DNA from: Macrostomum lignano
Taxonomy: Eukaryota
Assembly (NCBI GenBank): GCA_002269645.1
Contig: NIVC01002626.1
Location: 91,210-155,209 of the forward strand
DNA length: 64,000 nt
Reading direction: 5' to 3'
Shown: positions 46,477-58,400 of the stretch, in pieces
How positions within the stretch are numbered: the stretch's first letter is position 1
Layout of the letters: each line of letters begins with the position of its first letter
Notes under the pieces: generated by a model
What the model was told of the DNA's origin: nothing
What the model saw: only the letters and a program-made list of their open reading frames with translations
The model's database searches: none
Position numbers and translations under genes: made by a program

Positions 46477-49400
46477 GTGAAAGGAGAGGCGGACAATGGA
46501 GGATGGAGATGGGGATGAAAATAGAGTAGGTAGGAGGTCAAGACAGAATGATAGGCAGACAGATGGAATGACAGGCAGACAGATCCCAAATGAAAACCTG
46601 ATCCCAAATGAAGTTACAAAATTACAAAAAATTAAAAAGTGTAGAAAAGTGTGGCGCCGCTTGGCGGGGCTCACTAACTATCTCTGACTCGCGTTGCGTA
46701 TCTGCGTACTTGATATCTAGTGTACTCATTACCAATGTACTCGTACTTAGTGTGCACGCGCGGCACGTTGCATCTTTCTATTCTATATGCTAAAGCTTGA
46801 AGTTTGATCGCGCTGTACTCCTAATGTAGGCGGCATGTTGCCGTCGGTCAATATTCAATATAATATAAAGGCCGGTTTGGCTACCAGTTGAAGTCTCGTA
46901 TTCTACGCTCAGCTAAGAGCTCTCTCAAATAGAAAAGAGTCTTTCTTATTGCTACGACACGACAATGGCGTCGCGAGCAGACAATCTGCCGCTGAACGAC
47001 CCCGCAATGACGGAAGCTTGGCTACGAAGCTTCGCGGCTCTCAGCCGCAGCAAAAATCTCACGGACAGCGCAGAAAATCGGCAGGTCACTGACCTCTTCC
47101 TAGCGAAAGCCGGCGTGAATGCAGTGCGGATAGTCAGCGTCATGGCAAAGCCTAAGGAGCTGGAGGAGATGGACTTCGCAGATATAAAAAAATTGATAAT
47201 CGAGAAGACTCTCCCGAAGAAAAAGCTCGTCATCGCTGAACGATCGAAATTCATGTCGATGCGCCAGGAGCCGACTGAGTCAGTGCAGGCCTTCGCACAG
47301 AGACTTCGAGATGCCGCCCGCTTCTGCGAGTTCGACCAGTTGAATGCGGAGGACAGCCACCAGACTGCCGAGGACGAACTCATGCAGACGATGCTCGTCA
47401 GCGGGTTGCACAACGCGCAGCACCGCAGCCGGATTCTAGAGCACATTCAGGGCTCATCGCAGCCGGTGGCTCTTGACAGCAGCGTCGAGTTCATCCAGCA
47501 ACTCGAGTTGATCCAGCAGTACGGCGGCGCGGACAGTCAGAAGACAGGGGAGACTGCAGCCCCAGCGCCGGCTTCCATTGCCAGCATCGACAAGAACAGG
47601 CGGGATGGACGAGCAACCTGCAGCTCTTGCGGAATGCAACATAAACCCGGCCGCTGCCCAGCTCGAGGCAAGACCTGCAACAAGTGCAGCAGGCGCAACC
47701 ATTTTGCGGCGGTATGCAAGTCCGCCCCCAGATCAACTCACGAAGTCGAGGCGGCCGAGACAACGGAGGATGGGCCCATCTTCTCTGTCAGTAGCACCCA
47801 GCAGCACAAGACCAGCAGCCTGAAAACCGTGCTGATCGACGGTCACGCTCTGGCGATGCAGCTGGACTCGGGATCGGACAGCAGCATCATCCCACAGAAC
47901 TTCTGGAAGCAGCTCGGCGAGCCCCGGCTGCGGAAGTGCAGGCGCCAGCTTCGCCAGTTCGATGGCTCGGTCATCAAGACTCTCGGCAGCTTCACAGCGG
48001 CTGTCGAACTGGAGAACAAGATTGCGTGCGTGGAAGTCACAGTCGCGGCCTGCAGCAAGACTCACGGTCTCCTCGGCACGGACCTCCTGCAGTTCGATCT
48101 GGACGCTGTCTGCCTCAACCACGTGGGGCAGGCGCAGGAGACGCCTCTCGGGAAGCTGAATGGCTTCAAGGCGCGCATCCTTTTGAGGGACAATGTCCGG
48201 CCGAGTTACTTCGAGGCGCGACCAGTGCCCATTCACCTGAAGCCGCTGGTCATCACGAAGCTCCGGAAGCTCGTCGACAGCGGTGTTCTGGAGTCAGTCG
48301 CACCAGGCGGCAGTCAGTGGGCGTCTCCGATCGTGGTCGTGAGGAAGCCCAACGGCGACATCAGGATCTGTGCCGACTACAAGATCGGGGTGAACCCCAA
48401 GATCTGTGCTGATTCATATCCGCTGCCCAACATCGAGACGGCGTTCTGCGAGCTTGCGGGAATGTCTCACTTCGGCACCATCGACCTGGCGGACGCGTAC
48501 AATCAGCTCGAGCTGGACGAGGCTTCAAAGGAAATTCTCACCATCAACACCCCGATTGGACTGCTACGCTGGACAAGGATGCCCTACGGCGTGAAGACGG
48601 CGAGCGCACAGTTTCAGGCGGCCATGGAAGCAACGATCGGTGGTCTGGTGTCGAACCTGGTCATCTACCAGGACGATGTCTGCGTCGGAGCCAGGTCAGA
48701 GGCCGAGCTAGACGAGAAGGTCGAGAAACTGTTGCGCAAGCTCAAGGCGGCCGGAATGCAGATCAACGAGCGTAAGTGCGTCTTCAGAAGCACCGCGATC
48801 TCATTCCTCGGGTACAAGATCTCCGCTGATGGTGTTCGGCCCGACTCGAAGCTGGTGGAAAAAGTTCAGCAGACCCGTGCGCCGACGAACCGCAAGGAGC
48901 TTGAATCCTTCCTGGGGCTCACGAACTACTACGCGCGGTACGTCCGGGCCTATGCTGAGCGGGTCGAGCCACTCACGAAGCTGAGAAGTAAGCAGACACC
49001 ATTCAAGTGGGGCCAGGACCAGCAGAAGGCATTCGACGACCTCAAGAAGGCTCTGGCAGTGTATCCAGTAGTGCGCATCTTTGATGCTTCGAAGCGCACC
49101 ACACTGACAACAGACGCCAGTGAGAAAGCGATCTCAGCCATCCTGACTCAAGACGAGCACCCGGTGATCTACCTGTCTCGACGGCTCACAGCGGCAGAGC
49201 AGAACTACTCCAACATCGAGCGAGAGGCCCTCGCCATCGTGTGGGCGACTCAGCGAGCACGACACTTTCTGCTGGGCGCCAAGTTCACCCTGAACTGCGA
49301 CCATCAGCCGCTGGAGTTCATCTTCAGCCCAGCCAAGGAGATCCCGAAGGTCACGTCTGCGAGAATCACGCGGTGGGCGATCCAACTGGCTGCTTTCGAC

Positions 49401-52400
49401 TACGAAATCGCGTACGTCCGCGGAAGAAGCATCCCACATGTCGACGCGATGTCGAGACTCGAGTTCGAGGAGAAGTCCGAGCAACCGGAGGTGGTCGACA
49501 GTGTCATCCACTGGACCGAGACTGACGTGCTAAAACTGGAGGACGTTCAGCAGGCTACGGCGACCGACTCAGTGCTGCTGGGCATCAAACGCCGGATCCG
49601 CGACAACGTCTGGAGCAACTGCTCTGCGGCCGAGCGTCCCTTCAAGAGCGTGCGCCAGCAGCTGTCCGTCGAGGACGGCGTCATCTGCATGGGTGACCTG
49701 GTGGTGCCGCCAGCCGCGCTGCGACCTCAGCTGCTACAAGCGGCACACGGCGACACCCACTGCGGAGCGCTGGCGACGCGCAACCGGCTCAAGCGAGAGG
49801 CCTGGTGGCCAGGCCACTGCGATGACGTCGAGCGATACGTCAAGCAGTGTGTGAAGTGCGCGGAGATCCGCACACCACCAGCCCGCACGATGCACACCTG
49901 GCCAGCGGAGACCACGGCGTGGCAGCGGGTGCACATCGACCACGCGCACGTGCAAGGAGCCGGCTCCCTCCTCATCGTGGTGGACGCCTTCTCTGGTTGG
50001 CCGGAGGCGGTGCTGGTGCCCGACAGGACGGCCAGAACGACGCTGCGGGTTCTGCGGGCGATCTTCTCGAGGCTGGGCGTGCCCCGGACCCTGGTATCGG
50101 ACAACGCGCCAGAATTCTGCGACGGCGAGCTGCAGCAGTGGCTACAGCGCATTGGGTGCAACCTGGTGCACTCGCCGCCGTACCATCCGCAGTCCAACGG
50201 CTGTGCTGAGCGCATGGTCCAGACGGTGAAACACGGGCTCCGAGCATTCGCAGCGCACCGCGGCTCCTTCGAAGCGTACCTGGCCAAGCTGCTGCTCAAT
50301 TACCGGTCGACGGCGAGGAGCGACGGCCGGGGCAGCCCGTCGGCGCTGATGGGCCGACAGCTGAGGAGTCCACTGACGATGACCTTCGAGGTCGACGCAC
50401 CAGTTGTTTACCAGCCAAGCTCCAAGGCAACAGCCGAGCCCGCTCGCTTTGTGGTCCAAGCTGGCAGCAACACGGCGGTGATCATTCGCGATCACAACCG
50501 GCCAGTCCTCGCCCATCGAGACCAAATTCGGCCGCTGCCGGTCGACTCGACGGTCACGCCAGGGCAGGGGCAAGCGACCGGGCGCGGACCAGAGACAGCG
50601 GCTGAGGAGACTCCGGTCGAGCCCGAGACTCCGCGGCTGGGCAGCCCCAACGCCGAAATCGAGGTGCCGGCGGCGCCGAGGCGTAGCGAACGCGGAAACA
50701 AAGGAGTTCCCCCCGAGCGGCTCACTCCTCGGTGGTGAGGGGATGTGGCGCCGCTTGGCGGGGCTCACTAACTATCTCTGACTCGCGTTGCGTATCTGCG
50801 TACTTGATATCTAGTGTACTCATTACCAATGTACTCGTACTTAGTGTGCACGCGCGGCACGTTGCATCTTTCTATTCTATATGCTAAAGCTTGAAGTTTG
50901 ATCGCGCTGTACTCCTAATGTAGGCGGCATGTTGCCGTCGGTCAATATTCAATATAATATAAAGGCCGGTTTGGCTACCAGTTGAAGTCTCGTATTCTAC
51001 GCTCAGCTAAGAGCTCTCTCAAATAGAAAAGAGTCTTTCTTATTGCTACGACACGACAAAAATCTATATTTCCATATAACAAAGGAATTATCTATTGATA
51101 TTTGTTTCTCCAACTTCCATAATATTCGTCTGAATTCTTGAACGAAGTCGCGTACACATTGATTTTATAGTTTCGTCCTATTTCTTCCTAACAATGTCAC
51201 TCTGATTGGGGTTTGCCTTGAACCAGCGTGATTGAATTATTGAAGTTAACTGCGTGTTATAACTGGTTTCGGTGAATACTTTTGTAAAAATCGAACTCGA
51301 ACTCCAACATATTTATGCAGCGGTACTCTAAACTTCTCAAACTCGAAGCTTCACAAACTCGAAGCTTCACAAACTCGAAGCTTCACAAACTCGAAGCTTC
51401 ACAAACTCGAAGCTTCACAAACTCGAAGCTTCACAAACTCGAAGCTTCACAAACTCGAAGCTTCACAAACTCGAAGCTTCACAAACTATTAACTTCACAA
51501 ACTCTAAACTTCACAAACTCTAAACTGCACAAACTCTAAACTTCACAAACTCTAAACTGCACAAACTCTAAACTTCACAAACTCTAAACTGCACAAACTC
51601 TAAACTGCACAAACTCTAAACTTCACAAACTCTAAACTGCACAAACTCTAAACTTCACAAACTCTAAACTTCACAAACTCTAAACTGCACAAACTCTAAA
51701 CTTCACAAACTCTAAACTGCACAAACTCTAAACTGCACAAACTCTAAACTTCACAAACTCTAAACTTCACAAACTCTAAACTGCACAAACTCTAAACTTC
51801 ACAAACTCTAAACTGCACAAACTCTAAACTGCACAAACTCTAAACTTCACAAACTCTAAACTTCACAAACTCTAAACTGCACAAACTCTAAACTTCACAA
51901 ACTCTAAACTGCACAAACTCTAAACTGCACAAACTCTAAACTTCACAAACTCTAAACTTCACAAACTCTAAACTGCACAAACTCTAAACTTCACAAACTC
52001 TAAACTGCACAAACTCTAAACTTCACAAACTCTAAACTTCACAAACTCTAAACTTCACAAACTCTAAACTGCACAAACTCTAAACTTCACAAACTCTAAA
52101 CTGCACAAACTCTAAACTGCACAAACTCTAAACTGCACAAACTCTAAACTTCACAAACTCTAAACTGCACAAACTCTAAACTTCACAAACTCTAAACTTC
52201 ACAAACTCTAAACTTCACAAACTCTAAACTGCACAAACTCGAAGCTTCACAAACTCTAAACTTCACACACTCTAAACTTCACAAACTCTAAACTGCACAA
52301 ACTCGAAGCTTCACAAACTCTAAACTTCACACACTCTAAACTTCACAAACTCTAAACTTCACAAACACTTAACTTCACAAATTCGAAATTTCACAAATTC

Positions 52401-55400
52401 AAAATTTCACAAACTCTAAACTTCACACACTGAAAATTTCATAAGCTCGAAGCTTTACGAACTTAAAACTTAGCATCACATTACTGAAATTTCGAACGCA
52501 CAAAACACCCCCATTATATTTAAGCCGAATCGAAATTTTACTAGTGACAAATTCAAGAATCACTGTCTGCCTGTCTGCCTTTTAACCAACAATCGCAGCT
52601 GATGCCAAGATTGACAACCCAATCTGCTGCGCTCTCGAGCTCTTCATCGATCCGCTCTTTGCCTCTCTGTCCCAGTCTGTGCCCACTCTCTCTCTCTCTC
52701 TCTCTCTCTGTGTGCCTTTTAGCTCGATAACTAGGCTGATGTGCCTTTCTCCTCGATATGTGGTGTTAAATAATTAAGTGGCAACTGAGGGTTGAAGGCG
52801 GCAGGCAGTTCTGCAAATTTGTGTCTCTCCAGTCACGATTTCTGTTAAAAATGATGCCACAGAAATATGACACACAATATACATCCTGACATGCAGTCTC
52901 TTTCGAGTCCTATTCGAAGCTCAAATATTTGGTCCGAGTGGCTAAAACTTTGAGGCAAAATCTGAAATCCTTAGTCTAACGGCGCGTGTCTACGTTTTTC
53001 ATGAAGTAATTATTTTAATTTGAAGAAAATAGTCTCCCGGACATTCGGGTTGGCTCAGGGACTTCCGAAACAAGCTGGCTTATTTCCCCTGCAGAAGACC
53101 TGGACCCCGCCTCCAACTCTCCTCAGGCTGCAAGATTAAGCAAACTCGTACAAAGGCGCCAATACTGCACGCAGGCCCGCACTCATACACATGCTCACAC
53201 AGCTAGGGTGTCAAAATGTCAGAGTTTGAGAAAGTCAGAGAGTCTCAGAGATTTACAGTCAGAAGATTTAGAGGCTCTGGGAAAGTCAGAGAGTGGTGGC
53301 AGAGAGTCAGGGTGTCAGAGAGTCAGGGTGTCAGAGAGTCAGAGTGTCAGAGAGTCAGGGTGTCAGAGAGTCAAGGTGTCAAAGAGTCAGGGTGTCAGAG
53401 AGTCAGGGTGTCAGAGAGTCAGGGTGTCAGAGAGTCAGGGTGTCAGAGAGTCAGGGTGTCAGAGAGTCAGGGTGTCAGTGAGTCAAGGTGTCAGTGAGTC
53501 AAGGTGTCAGAGAGTCAGAGTGTCAGAGAGTCAGGGTGTCAGAGAGTCAGGGTGTCAGAGAGTCAGGGTGTCAGAGAGTCAGGGTGTCAGAGAGTCAGGG
53601 TGTCAGAGAGTCAGGGTGACAGAGAGTCAGGGTGTCAGAGAGTCAGAGTGTCAGAGAGTCAGGGTGTCAGAGAGTCAAGGTGTCAGAGAGTCAGGGTGTC
53701 AGAGAGTCAGGGTGTCAGAGAGTCAGGGTGTCAGAGTCAGGGTGTCAGAGAGTCAGGGTGTCAGAGAGTCAGAGTGTCAGAGAGTCAGGGTGTCAGAGAG
53801 TCAGACACAGAGACAGCCAGCACTTTGCAGTGACCCGAGCTCCAATCTGGCAACCATTTATCCGGTTTCCCCTCGCCTCGGAGGGGATAATTGACAGAGC
53901 GGGGACCAGCGCATCCGGAGGGGAAGGGCAGAAGGCCAGGGGCCGAACTGAGGAAGCTGCAAGCTGATGTTGGCCTTGTTCGGGAAAACATGCAAGAATT
54001 GATCCGACAAAAAAATATCAAAATCAAGCCATTTCAGCCCAGACCCCTAACCCGGAATCCTCTCTGATCCCAACAGATTTTTATCCCTAAGAACAGGAAG
54101 AAAAAAGCGTTGCTGCTAATGGGGCTGATGGCTGGAATTAATAGAAACAGCATGCAAAAAAGTGACAACAATATGAAAAAGAAACTGTTTTTCTGCTGAA
54201 CAGTTCCCCATTAGAGTTAAGCAGGAATGGGGAAAAAACTATAACTAGGGTACTATTTTGGGAAGAACTGAATGCTCCCCATCTCAGCGAAAAAGAGAGG
54301 ATTTGAAACTCGATCCTACTCAAGCTCTGTCACTTTGCAAAGCTTTCGAGCCAAGCCTTCAACTGCAAATACCAATTCCTTTGGGAAATCTTTAATATGC
54401 AGTTGCCGATGTGGACCTCAAATTTAATGGCAATTCAGTGCCCAGACAGCGAAACACTCTCTTCTAGAACGTGCTGAAATTGAAAAAAGAACTGCTACAA
54501 GCTGACTAGAGAAAGCAAAAAAACATTTTAAGTCACAGCTGTTAGAGGACTGAGGACTCCCTCAAGCACTCTAGGGGACGTTAGTGAAATTAACTAATTT
54601 ACAGCCAACCCCCTCACCACCACCCCACAGCCAACCTCCACACCCACCAACCCACAGCCAACCCCTTCACCCATCACCCCACAGCCGACCCCCTCCACCC
54701 ACCACCCCACAGCCAACCCCTCAGCCACCACCCCACAGCCAACCCCGTCACCCACCACCTACAGCCAACCCCGTCACCCACCACCTACAGCCAACCCCAT
54801 CACCCACCACCCCACAGCCAACACCCTCACCCACCACCCCACAGCCAACCGCCTCACCCACAACCCCACAGCTGACCCCCTCACCCGCCACCCCACAGCC
54901 GACCCCGTCACCCACCACCTACAGCCAACCCCGTCACCCACCACCTACAGCCAACCCATCACCCACCACCCCACAGCCAACACCCTCACCCACCACCCCA
55001 CAGCCAACCCCCTCACCCACAACCCCACAGCCGACCCCCTCACCCGCCACCCCACAGCCGACCCTCACCCACCACCCACCGCAAAACCATCACAAAATAC
55101 TCACCCTCGCCAAATTCCTCTGCAGGCACCCGCTGCGAAGTCCCACCGCAGTCAGAATCGGTGTCAGATCCCTGCGCCTCGAACCAGCCGTGCCTTCACG
55201 GTGGCCTGTGCAGAAGCTTCGCCGCCACCGCACATTCGTATGCGACTGCGCGTCCGGCTGGTTGGGCCTTCGCTGCGAGCAGCTGCTGAACCCGTGCACC
55301 GAATCATCGTGTCTTGGCCGAGGCCGCTGCTTGCCGACAGCAGCTGGCGGATTCAACTGCCGTTGTCATGCGGGATTTCGAGGCCGATACTGCGAGCATT

Positions 55401-58400
55401 TATCGCAGCCGACCGGCTTGCCGACAGTCCAGCCGGAACCCTGCAATTCCAGCCGGTGGCAGTCCTGGTGTCTGAACGGCGGCCGCTGTTTCCAGTTGGT
55501 TGGCGTCGAACTTCCGGTGTGCCAGTGTCGACGCGGTTTCACCGGCAGTCGCTGCCAGATCGACGTGAACGAATGCGAGCAGTTCGGCGGGGCCTGTCTG
55601 AATGGGGGCGAGTGCGTTGACGAGCCTGGAGGGTTCAGGTGCACCTGCAAACCCGGCTTTCAGGTGAGTGGCTGAGTGAGGATTGGAGACAGGTGCATTA
55701 CAGCACATGGAGACTTGAATTTCAGGAAAGATCTGCAACAATTAAAATTTATTTTCAGATACTACACGTCCTCCATGTATATTTTATACACACCATTTTT
55801 ATTTAGCTAATTAATCTGTTTAACTGGTAGAGCCTGAAAAATCCTCCTTAGGATTGATCTTCTAATAGCCCAAGAGTCCTCTTGCCCCTCTTTCTTACAA
55901 AATGGTCATTTTTCACTATCAGCCCATCCCATCCTCTGCTACCCACCCCATCCTCCGCTACCCACCCCATCCTCCGCTACCCACCCCACATCCCCCGCCA
56001 GCCACCGCATCCTTCGCTACCCACCCCATCCTCCGCTACCCACCTTATCCTCCGCTACCCACCCCATCCTCCGCTATCCACCCCATCCTTCGCTATTCAC
56101 CCTATCCTCCGCTACCCACCCCATCCTCCGCTACCCACCCCATCGTCCGCTACCCACCCCATCCTCCGCTACCCACTCCGTCCTCCGCTACCCACCCCAT
56201 TCTCCGCTACCCACCCCATCCTCCGCTACCCACCCATTCTCCGCTACCCACCCCATCCTCCGCTACCCACCCCATTCTCCGCTACCCACCCCATTCTCCG
56301 CTACCCACCCATTCTCCGCTACCCACCACATTCTCCGCTACCCACCCCATCCTCCGCTACCCACCTTATCCTCCGCTACCCACCCCATCCTCCGTTACCC
56401 ACCCCATTCTCCGCTACCCACCCCATTCTCAGCTACCCACCCCGTCCTACCAAATACTACAAACGTACCTGACATTGCAATGCACTATTAGTCACTTAAT
56501 TCTTATTAGGTAACGGCTCCATTTATAAAGTCCATCCGTTTTCGGGAAATACGCTTCCCAAGGATCTGAGAGCCAGAGCAAGCACAGTAAAGACGCACGG
56601 GCACAGGCCCATATCTTTTCTTTCTATAAAATGATTTAATAACTTTCCCATCCCTGAAGTTGAGTTGATGCTAATTCAAACAAAAAATGTTCTGCTACGG
56701 AAAAACAGCACGAAGTCCATGGATAATGAGCAGGAGGTTTTTGTAGCATTATTGCGTGATCTTTTTGCCAGAGTCTGCCTGACTTTCGGCTCTATCAAGT
56801 GTACTTTACTATTTTCACTGTTTTACTACTGATCAAATTTTATTATTCACCGCTGCTATTCACATTTTTCAAGTTCACTCTACCTCTTACACTCTTCACA
56901 CTGCACTCGTAACTCTTCACTTCTCACCCGTTACTCTTCACTCCTCACCCGTCACTCTTCACTCCTCACCCGTCACTCTTCACTCCTCACCCGTCACTCT
57001 TCACTCCTCACCCGTCAAAGTCTTCACTCCTCATCCGTCACTCTTCACTCCTCATCCGTCACTCTTCACTCCTCACCCGTCACTCTTCACTCCTCACCCG
57101 TCACTCTTCACTCCTCACCCGTCAAACTCTTCACTCCTCACCCGTCAAACTCTTCACTCCTCACCCGTCAAACTCTTCACTCCTCACCCGTCACTTGTCA
57201 CACATTTACTTTGCAGTCTTCAATCCTCACCCGTCACTCTTCACTCCTCATCCGTCACTCTTCACTCTTCACCCGTCACTCTTCACTCTTCACCCGTCAC
57301 TCTTCACTCCTCACCCGTCACTCTTCACTCCTCACCCGTCACTCTTCACTCCTCACCCGTCACTCTTCACTCCTCACCCGTCACTCTTCACTCCTCACCC
57401 GTCAAACTCTTCACTCCTCACCCGTCAAACTCTTCACTCCTCACCCGTCAAACTCTTCACTCCTCACCCGTCACTTGTCACACATTTACTTTGCAGTCTT
57501 CAATCCTCACCCGTCACTCTTCACTCCTCACCCGTCACTCTTCACTCCTCACCCGTCAAACTCTTCACTCCTCACCCGTCAAACTCTTCACTCCTCACCC
57601 GTCAAACTCTTCACTCCTCACCCGTCACTTGTCACACATTTACTTTGCAGTCTTCAATCCTCACCCGTCACTCTTCACTCCTCATCCGTCACTCTTCACT
57701 CTTCACCCGTCACTCTTCACTCTTCACCCGTCACTCTTCACTCCTCACCCGTCACTCTTCACTCCTCACCCGTCACTCTTCACTCCTCACCCGTCACTCT
57801 TCACTCCTCACCCGTCACTCTTCACTCCTCACCCGTCACTCTTCACTCCTCACCCGTCAAACTCTTCACTCCTCACCCGTCAAACTCTTCACTCCTCACC
57901 CGTCACTTGTCACACATTTACTTTGCAGTCTTCAATCCTCACCCGTCACTCTTCACTCCTCACCCGTCACTCTTCACTCCTCATCCGTCACTCTTCACTC
58001 CTCACCGTCACTCTTCACTTCTCACCCGTCACTCTTCACTCCTCACCCGTCACTCTTCACTGCTACCTAGTCAACTGTCACACCTTTAATTTGCAGTCTT
58101 CACTTCTCACCGGACGTTGCTCTGTTTTTCACTGTTTTCTGCTCATTCTATTCTCAAGGTTTGACACTTGTCACCCACCCTACATCAGAAGTTCCCTAAG
58201 CCCTAATCCGATCTTTTTGCCGCCTCATCATCCGCTTTAATCAGCCACCTTAGCAACCTGTTTGACCTAAGCTACCTGCCTTTGTGAGATCAAAGTTCTA
58301 ATTATTTTTAGGTTTTTAATGAAAGCAGATGTTTACTTAGATTGGAAGAAACAAGGTGACTAGACTAAATGAAGAGCAGACTCACTTTTGACCCTCTGGA

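Larger units (their letters stand above)
46650..51058 (+). mobile_element. Intact Ty3/gypsy LTR retrotransposon (Mag-like), inserted in sense in a Notch-like intron
   Basis: Two 315-bp LTRs (TGT...ACA), PBS, single gag-pol ORF, purine tract GAGGGGA before the 3' LTR. Confidence 0.97.

Noticed and set aside
46952-50768. Antisense and alternate-frame ORFs overlapping gag-pol
   Set aside because: They are shadows of a GC-rich coding region with no recognisable motifs.
54584-55125. Mucin-like PT-rich domain fused to EGF repeats
   Set aside because: Exon A ends in phase 1 and joins the 55125 acceptor to give GTRCE plus a complete EGF in a different frame; the PT frame joins the EGF frame only because of the apparent 1-nt deletion.
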